A model generated the notes under the pieces. The model searched no databases, had not been told where the DNA came from, and saw nothing but the letters and a program-made list of their open reading frames with translations. Positions 1-10,738 of a stretch of DNA of 64,000 nucleotides are shown here, piece after piece; the first letter of the stretch is position 1; each line of letters starts with the position of its first letter. This DNA is from a virus, in the IMG/VR virus record IMGVR_UViG_3300027709_000056, positions 64,001-128,000 of that record. One strand, given 5' to 3'. The translations under genes were made by a program, and so were the position numbers.

Positions 1-2
1 TA

Positions 3-821
3 GATGGCGGAGGTATTATACTTAAAGCCAATCAAGCCAGTTTAAATGTAGATAAAGAATGGGTATGGAAAAATAATGCAGGCGACGCCGATTCACAATC
101 GTGGACTAGTTCAGAGAATATTGATTTAGCCTCAAATAAACATTATATGATTGATGGGGTGAAGGTATTAGAGCACAATGAATTAGGAGGCCAAGTATTA
201 AAGTCATCTTTAACAAGTGTTGGAACACTTGCAACACTAAATGTTGATAAATTAAGGTTTTGTGGTGATCCTGCTTCTGGTGGTGCTGGAGCAAATACTA
301 TTCAATCTATAGATATTGGATTACGAATTAAGAGTGCAGGTGCTATTGAACTTGATACTGCTCAAGAAATTACAGGGGTAGCTGAGCCCACAACTAATTC
401 ATCAGTTGCAACCAAGTATTATGTAGATGATCAAATAAATCTAGAGCCTGTTATTATGAATTTAGACGTAACTGGGTTAAGTTCTACTGAAATTGCTTCA
501 ATTATTGAAGATATATATCCAGCTAATAACAAAAGACCAGGGTCGTATGCTTATATAATTACTTCATCATTAACGGGAGCAACTGTAAGCGGAATTAATG
601 TAGATACACCAGTTTTAACTAAATCACTTATAGCAGTTGATTCAAATGGTGTACAAAATGAGAGTGTATTACAAGATATTGCATTTACGGCGGCAAGCGG
701 TACTGTAAATATAACGATTCAACGTGGTTTGAAACGGTTTCAAACAGTTGGTTCACCTGGATCACTTGTTTGGCAGTTTGAGAGTAACATTAATTCTACC
801 CATGTACCGCCATTGTGGTAG
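3..821 (+). CDS. Tail fibre/virion structural protein, C-terminal part (5'-truncated by the window)
   Basis: Frame is open from position 3 (DGGGIILKANQ...WTSSENIDLASNKHYMIDG), upstream of the ORF-track ATG at 147. G/T/S-rich beta-type composition; adjacent to other virion genes. Confidence 0.7.
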   Translation, partial: DGGGIILKANQASLNVDKEWVWKNNAGDADSQSWTSSENIDLASNKHYMIDGVKVLEHNELGGQVLKSSLTSVGTLATLNVDKLRFCGDPASGGAGANTIQSIDIGLRIKSAGAIELDTAQEITGVAEPTTNSSVATKYYVDDQINLEPVIMNLDVTGLSSTEIASIIEDIYPANNKRPGSYAYIITSSLTGATVSGINVDTPVLTKSLIAVDSNGVQNESVLQDIAFTAASGTVNITIQRGLKRFQTVGSPGSLVWQFESNINSTHVPPLW

Positions 822-827
822 GAAATG

Positions 828-834
828 ATAAATA
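828..834 (+). promoter_or_regulatory. Late-type promoter motif ATAAATA
   Basis: Resembles the T4 late promoter TATAAATA; 24 nt upstream of the structural gene at 859. Confidence 0.55.
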
Positions 835-858
835 TAGTTAATAGGGGTTAAAACTAAT

Positions 859-2364
859 ATGGCATATACAATAGATAGATATAGTGGTGTAACACTAGTA
901 GTCGTAGAAGATGGTACAGTTGATCAAACTACTGACATTAAATTAGTAGGTAAAAATTATGCTGGATACGGCGAAATTCAAAATGAAAATTTCTTACACT
1001 TACTAGAGAATTTTAGTGGTGCGGCGCAACCACCAAAAGCCATTTCAGGACAAATTTGGTTTGACGCTACGTCTAGTAAATTAAAATTTTATGATGGTTC
1101 TAAATTTAGAACTACAGGCGGTGCTGAAGTTGCCGCTACTGCTCCAGCAGGACTAGCCACTGGTGATTTATGGTGGGATTCTGCAAATGAGCAATTATAT
1201 GCTTTTAACGGATCAGGTTATATTTTAGTAGGCCCACAAGGTGTTGGTACTACTGTTTCACAAATGGTATCAAAAACTGTTCGTGATACAACTAGTGTAA
1301 ACAGAGTTATTATTGCGGCTACTGTTAATGATGAAGTAATCTTTATTATTAGCTCAGTAGCATTTACAATAGATTCAACTGATCCAACTAACGCTATTAC
1401 AGGATTCGATAGTATTAAGAAGGGTACTACCCTACGTAATACAATAAATGCAACAGGCGGTGTAACTAGTACAACAGATTATTACTGGGGAACTGCAAGT
1501 AACTCATTAAAATTAGAAGGTTATGGTGCTTCAGAATTTGCTCTTGCAGGATCAGGAGCATTTACTTCATTAGCAACGTTCTCCGACGCTGGTATTGCCA
1601 TTGGTGACTCCAATGACATGAAAGTTTACATCGAAAATGATAATGAAGGTGTAATACAAAATCAGGTTGGTACAAAAATTAAATTTAAAGTAGATGATTC
1701 CGGAGGTATTGTTAAAGAACCTCTTACAATAACAGCTGAAGGAATGTATCCACCAACAGATAATACGTTTGAGTTGGGTACAACTTCATTTAAATTTGCA
1801 AATATTCACTCAACTGCATTTACTGGATTAGCTTCACAAGCCGAAACAATGAAAGTTGGTGCTAATTTTAGATCAGCAGATACTGCCGCAACTAATAATA
1901 CTGTAGCAGTTAGAGATGGTAGTGGTAATTTAACTGCAAATTTATTTACAGGTACAGCTACACAGGCACAATATGCTGACTTGGCAGAGAAATATACAAC
2001 TGATACAGAATATGACTTTGGTACAGTGGTTGCAGTTAGCGAAGGTGCATCAAAAGAACTTACAAAATGTGATGTAACAAATGAACAACACACTTTAGGG
2101 TTTGTTGCTCCAGCACCAGTTGGTGTTGTTAGTGAAAGCCCAGCTTATTTAATGAATTCAGATGCAGACGGTCAAAATATTGCACTTAAAGGACGAGTTC
2201 CAGTAAGAGTATTAGGCCCAGTAAACAAAGGTAATGCCGTTTATGCAGGCTTGAATGGAACAGCTACTACGTCAATTGAAAATGGGGCTCTAATAGTAGG
2301 GGTTGCCCTAGAAACAAATACTTCGTCCGCTGAGAAATTAGTAGAATGTATATTAAAGGTATAG
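859..2364 (+). CDS. Tail fibre/baseplate-associated protein with C-terminal intramolecular-chaperone (peptidase G2-like) domain
   Basis: N-terminal GKNYAGYGEIQNENFLHLLENF and GQIWFD/GDLWWD repeats typical of phage tail proteins; C-terminal YADLAEKY...GTVV...GRVPVRV motif of IMC autocleavage domains. Confidence 0.7.
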   Translation: MAYTIDRYSGVTLVVVEDGTVDQTTDIKLVGKNYAGYGEIQNENFLHLLENFSGAAQPPKAISGQIWFDATSSKLKFYDGSKFRTTGGAEVAATAPAGLATGDLWWDSANEQLYAFNGSGYILVGPQGVGTTVSQMVSKTVRDTTSVNRVIIAATVNDEVIFIISSVAFTIDSTDPTNAITGFDSIKKGTTLRNTINATGGVTSTTDYYWGTASNSLKLEGYGASEFALAGSGAFTSLATFSDAGIAIGDSNDMKVYIENDNEGVIQNQVGTKIKFKVDDSGGIVKEPLTITAEGMYPPTDNTFELGTTSFKFANIHSTAFTGLASQAETMKVGANFRSADTAATNNTVAVRDGSGNLTANLFTGTATQAQYADLAEKYTTDTEYDFGTVVAVSEGASKELTKCDVTNEQHTLGFVAPAPVGVVSESPAYLMNSDADGQNIALKGRVPVRVLGPVNKGNAVYAGLNGTATTSIENGALIVGVALETNTSSAEKLVECILKV

Positions 2365-2367
2365 AAA

Positions 2368-3276
2368 ATGGCAGTTGGCGATATAATTACAGCCGCAAGG
2401 TATAATAATCTTCAAAGTAGAGTTGCAACTATTATGGGCGTCGGCTCAGCTGACGATGGCTACGGCCAGACTTTAAATAGTTCGCAAGTAGGAGTTACCG
2501 ACAAAGTAACAGCTACTCATATGGCGTTATTGTTTAATGATATTGTAGCTGGTAGAATCCACCAAACAAATATAACACCTAGCAATATTGCACTTATTTC
2601 AGGTGCAGATCTAATTGAAGATAGTAATACAGTTAATAAAAAGGGTGTTGCCCAATACGAGAACAGAACTGGTGAACTTGAAACTGAAAAAAACAATATT
2701 GATGTAAACCAAGCTAGTGCTGAATCAGGTATTCAAGGCCAATATACTACTCCTTGGAATGGTCAACTTGATCATATTGTTAATGTAACATTTACAGGTT
2801 CAGACCATGCAAGACACTTTTTCAACTCAGGTGGACAAGTCCGCTTAAATGCCAATATTGCTTATGTTGGGACAGAAGAGAAAACTGTTGATTGGATGAA
2901 TATTTTAGCAAATATGGCACAAATTCAGTTTGGGGCTTCTAGTACGTTAGCTACTGGGACAGGATCGGGTGAAGCTTTAAAAGGTTATTTCCAGCTTACT
3001 ACGTCCTACCAAACACTTTTCACTAAACAAGGTACAGGTGATTATACAGAAAACTCTTATGTTGTTGAAGTAAAAGGAAATACTGTACCCTATCCTGATA
3101 TTGTAACATTTAGACTTAATTTTAACGATGATGATCCTACAGATCCAGGTACTCCAACTGATGAAACAGTTAAAGGTACTCTTACAAGCATTGTTAGTCA
3201 ATTCCGTGCAACTGGTGTAAACGTTGAAGTTCCAACGCCTACTTATGCCAATGATGCGGGCAGTAACTTAACCTAA
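2368..3276 (+). CDS. Putative virion structural protein
   Basis: 302 aa, T/G/N-rich, co-oriented with tail genes. Confidence 0.55.
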   Translation: MAVGDIITAARYNNLQSRVATIMGVGSADDGYGQTLNSSQVGVTDKVTATHMALLFNDIVAGRIHQTNITPSNIALISGADLIEDSNTVNKKGVAQYENRTGELETEKNNIDVNQASAESGIQGQYTTPWNGQLDHIVNVTFTGSDHARHFFNSGGQVRLNANIAYVGTEEKTVDWMNILANMAQIQFGASSTLATGTGSGEALKGYFQLTTSYQTLFTKQGTGDYTENSYVVEVKGNTVPYPDIVTFRLNFNDDDPTDPGTPTDETVKGTLTSIVSQFRATGVNVEVPTPTYANDAGSNLT

Positions 3277-3303
3277 TTTAAACTCTCCAAAACATTTTTA
3301 CTG

Positions 3304-3309
3304 TAAATA
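3304..3309 (+). promoter_or_regulatory. Late-type promoter motif TAAATA heading the 3333-10738 operon
   Basis: Intergenic TAAATA followed by AGGAG SD and ATG at 3333. Confidence 0.5.
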
Positions 3310-3332
3310 TACTACTAGTATAGGAGACAGTT

Positions 3333-3692
3333 ATGGATGAACGGTTAGCCAAAGCATTAGATTTTTCTAATTATATGGTTACGCTTAATAATCAAAAGCG
3401 TATTTTAAAAGAAAAATATTATGAAAGTGCAGTTCATTACTTTAATGGTGGCCAATTTTCAGTAACTAAAGAGCTGATTACGTTTGTTAGTATGCTTATT
3501 AGCAAAGGTAATGATTCTGATGTAGTATTACTTGATGATAATGATACTCCAATTAAAATTCAAGATTTAGTTAAATTCTTTGACGATATATTGGACATAT
3601 ATTTTACAGCTACTAATGAATATCAAACTGAGTATGAAAAAATTAGAACTAAACGAACAGTTGATGGGTTAGTCCAGTATGAGCAGTCATAA
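3333..3692 (+). CDS. Hypothetical protein
   Basis: 119 aa ORF with good SD (AGGAG). Confidence 0.75.
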   Translation: MDERLAKALDFSNYMVTLNNQKRILKEKYYESAVHYFNGGQFSVTKELITFVSMLISKGNDSDVVLLDDNDTPIKIQDLVKFFDDILDIYFTATNEYQTEYEKIRTKRTVDGLVQYEQS

Positions 3693-4533
3693 GCAAGGTA
3701 TTTTAATTTTTGCTAGAAACAATGCTCAAATTGATTACATAAAACAAGCTCACTTTTTAGCAAAGCGTGTTAAGGAATATTTAAATCTTCCCACATCTAT
3801 AGTTACGGATAGCATAAAGTATCTACATGAAACCTATACAGATTATAAAACTGTATTTGACCAGATTATTGAGGTACCGTATACTAAAGCTCCCAGTAGC
3901 AAACGCTATTATGATGGTGCGAATGTATATAAACAGTTAGAATTTAGGAACGATTTAAGAACTAGTGCATACGATTTAACACCATATGAAGAAACATTAC
4001 TATTAGATAGTGATTACATTGTAAGTAATAGTTTATTTAAACATTGTTTTACACAAGACCATGATTTTTTAATTTATAAAGATGCATACGATTTATGTGA
4101 TCATAGAGATTTTCCAGAATTTGTTCATATTAGTGATACTAGTGTTGATTTTTACTGGGCAACTTGTGTATTTTTTAGAAAAACAGAAACTAATAAAATA
4201 TTTTTTGACCTAACAAAGCATATACAAGAAAACTGGCAACACTATAATAGTATTTTTCAAATTAATAAACGTACCTTTCGTAACGACTGGGTGTTTAGTA
4301 TTGCAGTACATATAATGAATGGTTATCAACGAGGAGATTTTTCACACTCATTACCTAGTAAATTATACTATACAAGCGGCCTGGATATTTGTTGGGAAAT
4401 AAAAGACGATCAGTTTTTCTTTTTAATACAAAAAGAGAAATTCTTAGGTGAATATACGCCTTTAAAAATTAGAGGTAGTAGTGTTCATGTAATAAACAAG
4501 TTTAGTCTTAATAGGGTAATAGATAATGAGTAA
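3679..4533 (+). CDS. Nucleotide-diphospho-sugar transferase-like protein (GT-A/GT8-like)
   Basis: YDLTPYEETLLLDSD (DxD) motif, WAT/FF substrate-region pattern. Confidence 0.65.
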   Translation: MSSHKQGILIFARNNAQIDYIKQAHFLAKRVKEYLNLPTSIVTDSIKYLHETYTDYKTVFDQIIEVPYTKAPSSKRYYDGANVYKQLEFRNDLRTSAYDLTPYEETLLLDSDYIVSNSLFKHCFTQDHDFLIYKDAYDLCDHRDFPEFVHISDTSVDFYWATCVFFRKTETNKIFFDLTKHIQENWQHYNSIFQINKRTFRNDWVFSIAVHIMNGYQRGDFSHSLPSKLYYTSGLDICWEIKDDQFFFLIQKEKFLGEYTPLKIRGSSVHVINKFSLNRVIDNE

Positions 4534-5362
4534 AGGGTTTGTATTTTTAGCACAAAATAGTGAAGACGATTATGTTTTACAAGCGTGTTTATTAGCCATG
4601 AGCTTAAAAGCAACTCAGGAAGATTGTAATATTTGTTTAATTACTAATGATGATGTTCCAGCAAAGTATAAAAAGCTATTTGACGTCATTAAAGAAATTC
4701 CATGGAATGATAGTGCAAAAGATAAAGAGTGGAAAGTAGATAATCGTTGGAAACTATATCATGCATCACCGTATGATGAAACAATTGTACTTGATACAGA
4801 TATGTTGGTATTACAAGACTTAACAAACTGGTGGTCATTCTTAAAAAATTATGATTTATTTTTTGTTAACCGTGTTTATACATACAGGGGAGAATTAATA
4901 ACAAGTGATTATTACCGTAAAACATTTACTGCAAATAATCTACCTAACTTATATGCAGGGTTTCATTATTTTAAAAAATCAGAGTTTGCAAAAGAGTTTT
5001 ATACTTGGTTAGAATTAGTAATGAATAATTGGGAACTGTTTTATGGCAAGTATGCTAAAGAATTGTACCAAAAAAGGGTAAGTGTTGATTTAAGTGCGGC
5101 AATAGTTGCTAAAATACTTGACTGTGATAAGAAGATTACAAATAATAAGAGTTTATTTCCTAGTTTCACACATATGAAGACTTATGTACAAGGCTGGGAA
5201 AACAGTAGTAGCAAATGGCAGAATCGTGTAGGTAGTTATTTGACTCCAGACCTAAAATTAAAAGTAGGGAACCATATGCAACAAGGAATTTTTCATTATA
5301 CTGAGAAAGATTTTGTTACACATGACAAAATTAAGAAATATAGGAAGTGGTTAGGCGTATGA
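4526..5362 (+). CDS. Nucleotide-diphospho-sugar transferase-like protein (paralog of 3679..4533)
   Basis: ASPYDETIVLDTD (DxD) motif; YAGFHYFKK. Confidence 0.65.
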   Translation: MSKGFVFLAQNSEDDYVLQACLLAMSLKATQEDCNICLITNDDVPAKYKKLFDVIKEIPWNDSAKDKEWKVDNRWKLYHASPYDETIVLDTDMLVLQDLTNWWSFLKNYDLFFVNRVYTYRGELITSDYYRKTFTANNLPNLYAGFHYFKKSEFAKEFYTWLELVMNNWELFYGKYAKELYQKRVSVDLSAAIVAKILDCDKKITNNKSLFPSFTHMKTYVQGWENSSSKWQNRVGSYLTPDLKLKVGNHMQQGIFHYTEKDFVTHDKIKKYRKWLGV

Positions 5363-6132
5363 AACCTCAAATTACGATAGCAGGATATGGATACGTAGGT
5401 AAAGCAGTTCATAGTGTTTTAACTAACGCAAAAATTGTAGATCCTAAGTATAATAAAGAGTCAATATCATCTTGGTGGAATAAACCAGGTGGAGTAATCA
5501 TATGTGTAGGTACTCCAACGTTTCAAGGTGTTTGTCAAATGAAAAATGTTATTGATGTTGTAAAGCAAGTACCTAATAGAATACCTATTTTAATAAAAAG
5601 CACAATAAGTTTACGTGGGTGGGAAACATTAATAACAATGTTTGGTAATAAGCCTATAACTTTTAGTCCTGAATTTCTTACTGCCGCAAATCCACTTGAA
5701 GATTTTCAGAAGCAAGGTATGATGTATATAGGAGGCGGCCATACAAAGTTTTGGAGAAAGGTGTTTGATCCGTATTTTACTGTAACTGTAGAAAATCCAA
5801 GAGCATTAATAATTGCAAAATTATTTAGAAATGCTTTTTTAGCCACTAAAGTAAATTTCTTTAATCAAATATATGATTATTGTAAGGAACATGAGTTGGA
5901 TTATAATACAGTTAATAGTTTAATTGCTGTTGATAAACGTATAGGACATAGTCATACAGCAGTTCCTGGTGATGATGGTGTGCAAGGGTTTGGCGGGCGT
6001 TGTTTACCGAAAGATGTTGAAGCATTACTTAATACAGATCCAGAAGCTTTAACGATATTAGCAGAAGTTTTAAAATATAATCGCGGAATTAGAAAAGATT
6101 TAAAGTTATTAAGGGAACAAGGTACAATATAA
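5347..6132 (+). CDS. UDP-glucose/GDP-mannose dehydrogenase family protein (short form)
   Basis: GYGYVG Rossmann motif, CVGTP, LIKSTI, FSPEFL, NAFLATKVNFFN, GFGGRCLPKD catalytic Cys motif. Confidence 0.85.
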   Translation: MVRRMKPQITIAGYGYVGKAVHSVLTNAKIVDPKYNKESISSWWNKPGGVIICVGTPTFQGVCQMKNVIDVVKQVPNRIPILIKSTISLRGWETLITMFGNKPITFSPEFLTAANPLEDFQKQGMMYIGGGHTKFWRKVFDPYFTVTVENPRALIIAKLFRNAFLATKVNFFNQIYDYCKEHELDYNTVNSLIAVDKRIGHSHTAVPGDDGVQGFGGRCLPKDVEALLNTDPEALTILAEVLKYNRGIRKDLKLLREQGTI

Positions 6133-6692
6133 TGGAACGTTACGCTGTTTTTAATCCTGACACAGGCGAGGTATTATCATTACCTAATTATAAACCAGAA
6201 TCTGGAAGTTATATTGCAGTAGATACCCAAGACATTAAAGGTATTTTATCAGGTCATGAACCTATGTCGTATTATTACGTGCATTTTTCTAAACTTACAA
6301 AAAAGTATGAGTTAAGACTACGATTAAACAATAATATAGATAGCTATAACGTCAATGACTTAATTTATGAAATCCCAAAGCGGAAAAAAGCTAATGCAGA
6401 TGTAACTATAACACAAAATACTAAAGACACTTGTTGGAAGATTAAAGTAGATGGAGATCTTAAAGCTAGTATTTTAGCACAAAAGGTTAGTTCAAATTAT
6501 ATAGTAAGTTTTAGTATTACTAGAGTTAATGATCCTAATATTCTTTATAAAACTCTAGAATTAAATTTTGCTAATTTAGAAAATAACAAATATGTTATTA
6601 TTCCATTTACAGAAGACTTTGAATTCAGGGGTGAGCCTGTTTCAATTTACACAATGAAAAAATTTGACAAATATTCTTTGGAGGTGATTTAA
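6132..6692 (+). CDS. Hypothetical protein
   Basis: 186 aa ORF, translationally coupled to neighbours. Confidence 0.7.
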   Translation: MERYAVFNPDTGEVLSLPNYKPESGSYIAVDTQDIKGILSGHEPMSYYYVHFSKLTKKYELRLRLNNNIDSYNVNDLIYEIPKRKKANADVTITQNTKDTCWKIKVDGDLKASILAQKVSSNYIVSFSITRVNDPNILYKTLELNFANLENNKYVIIPFTEDFEFRGEPVSIYTMKKFDKYSLEVI

Positions 6693-6964
6693 TGTTTTAT
6701 TTCTTTTTATTATTATTTTTATTAAATGACGGATTCAGTATGATGAGACATTATAGTCCTTATCTACGTGATCTTAGACAACGTATTATTGACCGAATGA
6801 CACATACAAGATTTATAGTTGTTCATAGTATTATTGATATTAGTTGTGTTATTGGTATGATTTGGGCTTATAATAGCAAGTACAATTTATATGCAATCAT
6901 AGTAGTTGCTATGATTATGATTGTTTGGTACATACCATTAGGATGGCGAAAGTATAAAAAATGA
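6692..6964 (+). CDS. Small membrane protein
   Basis: Two to three hydrophobic segments, basic C-terminus; coupled start/stop. Confidence 0.6.
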   Translation: MFYFFLLLFLLNDGFSMMRHYSPYLRDLRQRIIDRMTHTRFIVVHSIIDISCVIGMIWAYNSKYNLYAIIVVAMIMIVWYIPLGWRKYKK

Positions 6965-7860
6965 GCAATATTAAAATTGCAGAGCAAGATATTATCTTTT
7001 TAAGTTACGATGAACCTAATGCTGAAAAGAATTATGTTGATCTAGTACAAAAAGTGCCGTGGGCAAAGCGTGTTCATGGAGTAGAAGGTTCAGATGCCGC
7101 TCACAAGGCGTGTGCAGAGTTATCTGAAACTAAACATTTTGTTACTGTAGATGGTGATACAATTATTAATCAAAAGTTTTTAGATGTAGTATTAAACTTA
7201 GATGAATTAGGTGTAGATGATGACTATCAATTTAGTTGGTGCGGTAAAGTTAACATCAATGGACTAATGTATGGTAATGGTAGTTTGAAAATGTGGACTA
7301 AAGACTTTGTTAAGAATATGCGTACACATGAAAACACAGATGGTAACGATGATACTATGATTGAATTTTGTTATTTTGACAATTACTATCAGTTAAATGA
7401 CAATTATAGTGAAAGTATTATTAATTCAACTAAAGCCCAAGCCTTTAGAGCAGGGTTTAGAGAAGGTGTTAAGATGAGTCTTAACAGAGGTGCTAGAGTT
7501 ACTGATTTAGCAAAAGATATTTGGTGGCAAAATTATCATAGATTGTTAATATGGATGAATGTTGGTACAGATGTAGAGAACGGGTTATGGGCAATTTATG
7601 GTGCTAGAGAAGGATGCCATCTTGCACTTACTGATTGGGACGTTTCGCAAACAAGAGATTTTACTATTCTTAACAAAATGTGGGATGAAAAATATAGCAA
7701 AATAAAACACTCAAATGAACTGTATCATAAAATAGGTGAACTTGGTTGGCGTTTAAATGAACTAGGATTACCAATGGATCAAAAACCATTGTCAGCAGAT
7801 CAAAGTAAGTTCTTTAAAACTGTTTACATTAATACAGATAGAGTGATACGTAGAAAATGA
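6961..7860 (+). CDS. Glycosyltransferase-like protein (GT-A fold)
   Basis: DIIFLSYDEPNA N-terminus, FVTVDGD (DxD), AFRAGFREGVKM; paralog of 15177..15857. Confidence 0.6.
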   Translation: MSNIKIAEQDIIFLSYDEPNAEKNYVDLVQKVPWAKRVHGVEGSDAAHKACAELSETKHFVTVDGDTIINQKFLDVVLNLDELGVDDDYQFSWCGKVNINGLMYGNGSLKMWTKDFVKNMRTHENTDGNDDTMIEFCYFDNYYQLNDNYSESIINSTKAQAFRAGFREGVKMSLNRGARVTDLAKDIWWQNYHRLLIWMNVGTDVENGLWAIYGAREGCHLALTDWDVSQTRDFTILNKMWDEKYSKIKHSNELYHKIGELGWRLNELGLPMDQKPLSADQSKFFKTVYINTDRVIRRK

Positions 7861-8162
7861 AAAATTGTAGATACTATATAGGAACATTTCGTATGAAAGA
7901 TGATGAAAGTTCTGATATATGGCATGATACAATTATGACAGAACAAATGGGTGACATATTAAGTGATGCATTTCTTTATGGCGGGGAAGTAATGGAAGAA
8001 AGAAGTGTGCCTAGCGACTTTGATATGCTTCATTGTCATTTGTATGTAAGATTTAAAGATGAAAGAAAAGCTATATTGTTTATATTAAAATATCCGCAAG
8101 TTAGACGTTCAGAAAAAATTCAAAGAGACGATTATGCTAAAAACTTGAATTGGGTAGGCTAA
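7857..8162 (+). CDS. Hypothetical protein
   Basis: 101 aa ORF coupled to both neighbours. Confidence 0.6.
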   Translation: MKNCRYYIGTFRMKDDESSDIWHDTIMTEQMGDILSDAFLYGGEVMEERSVPSDFDMLHCHLYVRFKDERKAILFILKYPQVRRSEKIQRDDYAKNLNWVG

Positions 8163-10738
8163 TGGAAAAAGAATTAGATAAAATTAAAAGAATATTACCT
8201 ATCACTGATGCAGAAATTAGTCCTACTTTTTGTTTAGCCAAATGGCATCATACTACTATCTATCTAGCAACAGGTGAAACGCATAGTTGTTATCATCCTG
8301 CTCCACACAAAATACCTTTAGAAGAACTTAAAGACAATCCAAGTGCTTTACATAATACTATAGAAAAGAAAGACCAACGTAATAAAATGCTATGTGGCGA
8401 AAAGCCAGATGGTTGTAGTTATTGTTGGAAAATTGAAGCTATGGGTAAAGACTATGTAAGTGATAGACATATTAAAACAGCAAGTATATACACACCAGAA
8501 CGAGTTGCAGAAATAAAAGAGAAAGGAAAAGACTTTAATGTTAATCCTGAATACATAGAAATTAGTTTTTCAAATGAATGTAATTTTAAGTGTGGATATT
8601 GTCACCCTAAAGCTAGTAGTAGGTACTGGAAAGAGATAGAAGACCATGGTCCTTATAGTAAATCAAGTACACATAGACAAGATATTGATTGGTTTAAAGT
8701 TTATCAAAATGAAGAAGAGAATCCATATGTAAAAGCATGGTGGGAATGGTGGCCCGAAGTTAGTAAAACATTAAACATTTTGCGTATTACTGGTGGTGAA
8801 CCTTTAATGCACAAAAGTCTTTGGGACTTATTCGAAAAACTAGAAGCAGATCCAAAGCCACATATTCAAATTGAAGTTAATAGTAATATGGGTGTTAAGC
8901 ATTCGTTAGTTGAGAAACTAACAAAAATAGTATTAAGACTTAAAGCAAAAAATTGTATTAAAAGTTTTAAATTATACACAAGTATTGATACGTGGGGACC
9001 TAAAGCTGAATATATTCGTACAGGATTAGATTTAGAATTGTGGGAAAAGAACTTAGATTACTTTTTAAGGAATACTCCTTTCTCTGTTATTTTTATGATT
9101 ACATTTAATATCTTTAGTGTTACAAGTTTTAATTTATTATTAGAAAAAATATTAGAATGGCGTTCTAGGTATAATGGAATTGTAGCTAATCAAGTAAGAT
9201 GGCAAAAAGTACAATTTGATACGCCTCATTTAAAAGAACCTAGTATATATGATATGAATATATTACCTAAAGATGAGTTTATGCCATATATGGAAAAGAA
9301 CTTACAATCTATGATTGAACATCAAGATGATAAAGATAGGAATAAATTTAGTTCATTAGAAGTAGAAAAGTTTAGACGTGTAGTTGACTATATGCGTACA
9401 ACACATTACACACCAGTCAAACTTAAACAAGCTCATAAAGACTTTTATAATTGGTTTACAGAATTTGATAAAAGAAAAAGCACTAATTTAGTTAAAACGT
9501 TTCCTGAATTCGAAGTATTTTATGATGATTGTTTTATGGCAACCATGGAAGGTAAAACTCTTTGTATGCTTCCGTGGGTTCATATGTATGTAGGTGCAGA
9601 TGGAAACGTTTTACCTTGTTGTATAGGTGATTATAAACAGCCTTTAGGTAGTACGCATAAAAATAGCATAAAAGAGATTTGGAATAGTCCGCAATATAAA
9701 AAATTACGTCTGCAAATGCTTAATAACGAGAAACCATCAGCCTGTAATCAATGCTGGAAACACGAAGAAGCAGGAGGTGAAAGTAGTCGTTATAATAAAA
9801 ATAAAATGTTTAAAGAAGATTTACCGTTAATAGAAAAAACTAATAGTGATGGTAGTTTAGATGAAATGAAACTACGTTATATGGATGTACGTTGGAGTAA
9901 TATTTGTAATTTTAAATGTAGAACTTGTAGTGCGTCATTTAGTTCTACTTGGGCTCAAGAAGATAATGAATGCGGTGATAAGAAAGATGTCTTTATTTTT
10001 GCTGGCGGCAAAGATAACGATTCGTTATACGAACAATTTAAACCACATTTTAAAGATGTAAAAGTTTTTTATTTTGCTGGCGGTGAACCGTTAGTTACTG
10101 ATAAGCATTATGATATTTTAGAACACTTAATTGAAACTAATAATACAGATGTTTCATTACAATACAATTCAAATCTTAGTAATTTGTTTTATAAGAAAAA
10201 ATGTGTTACAGAATTATGGAATAAATTTTCTGATGTTAAAGTAGCGGCAAGTTTAGATAGTTGGGGAGACAGAGCTGAATATATTCGTGAAGGAACAGAA
10301 TGGCCTGTAATAATGGACAATTTAAATCGTGTAAAAAAAGATTCACCACACGTAAATATGACGTTCAATAGTGTTATAAGTGTTTTTAATATTTTAACAA
10401 TTACAGATTTTTTAACTTATATGGAAAATAATGGCTTTAAAACTAATCATGGTGTATTATATAATCTTGTTCATCCAGCACATTATCATATAAATGTTTT
10501 ACCTGCTAATTTAAAACAACTAGCATATCAAAAGATTGTAGCTCATGCACAAACAGTCCATAATAAAGGAATGTCTATGCAATTACAAGGTGTGTTAGAT
10601 TATATTAATGATTCAAAATTCGATCAAATGGCACAAATTAATTTTATATCAACTACACTACGTTATGATAAAATAAGAAATAGATCTTTTAGTAAAACAT
10701 TTCCTGAACTTAAAGATGCATTCGGTGATCGTTATTAG
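8162..10738 (+). CDS. Tandem fusion of two N-terminal-twitch radical SAM enzymes
   Basis: Unit 1: FCLAKW..SCYH..CSYC, then CNFKCGYC and TGGEP. Unit 2: LCMLPW..PCC..CNQC, then CNFKCRTC and AGGEP. Start probably 8162 (TAATG overlap); the ORF track gives 8150. Confidence 0.85.
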   Translation: MEKELDKIKRILPITDAEISPTFCLAKWHHTTIYLATGETHSCYHPAPHKIPLEELKDNPSALHNTIEKKDQRNKMLCGEKPDGCSYCWKIEAMGKDYVSDRHIKTASIYTPERVAEIKEKGKDFNVNPEYIEISFSNECNFKCGYCHPKASSRYWKEIEDHGPYSKSSTHRQDIDWFKVYQNEEENPYVKAWWEWWPEVSKTLNILRITGGEPLMHKSLWDLFEKLEADPKPHIQIEVNSNMGVKHSLVEKLTKIVLRLKAKNCIKSFKLYTSIDTWGPKAEYIRTGLDLELWEKNLDYFLRNTPFSVIFMITFNIFSVTSFNLLLEKILEWRSRYNGIVANQVRWQKVQFDTPHLKEPSIYDMNILPKDEFMPYMEKNLQSMIEHQDDKDRNKFSSLEVEKFRRVVDYMRTTHYTPVKLKQAHKDFYNWFTEFDKRKSTNLVKTFPEFEVFYDDCFMATMEGKTLCMLPWVHMYVGADGNVLPCCIGDYKQPLGSTHKNSIKEIWNSPQYKKLRLQMLNNEKPSACNQCWKHEEAGGESSRYNKNKMFKEDLPLIEKTNSDGSLDEMKLRYMDVRWSNICNFKCRTCSASFSSTWAQEDNECGDKKDVFIFAGGKDNDSLYEQFKPHFKDVKVFYFAGGEPLVTDKHYDILEHLIETNNTDVSLQYNSNLSNLFYKKKCVTELWNKFSDVKVAASLDSWGDRAEYIREGTEWPVIMDNLNRVKKDSPHVNMTFNSVISVFNILTITDFLTYMENNGFKTNHGVLYNLVHPAHYHINVLPANLKQLAYQKIVAHAQTVHNKGMSMQLQGVLDYINDSKFDQMAQINFISTTLRYDKIRNRSFSKTFPELKDAFGDRY

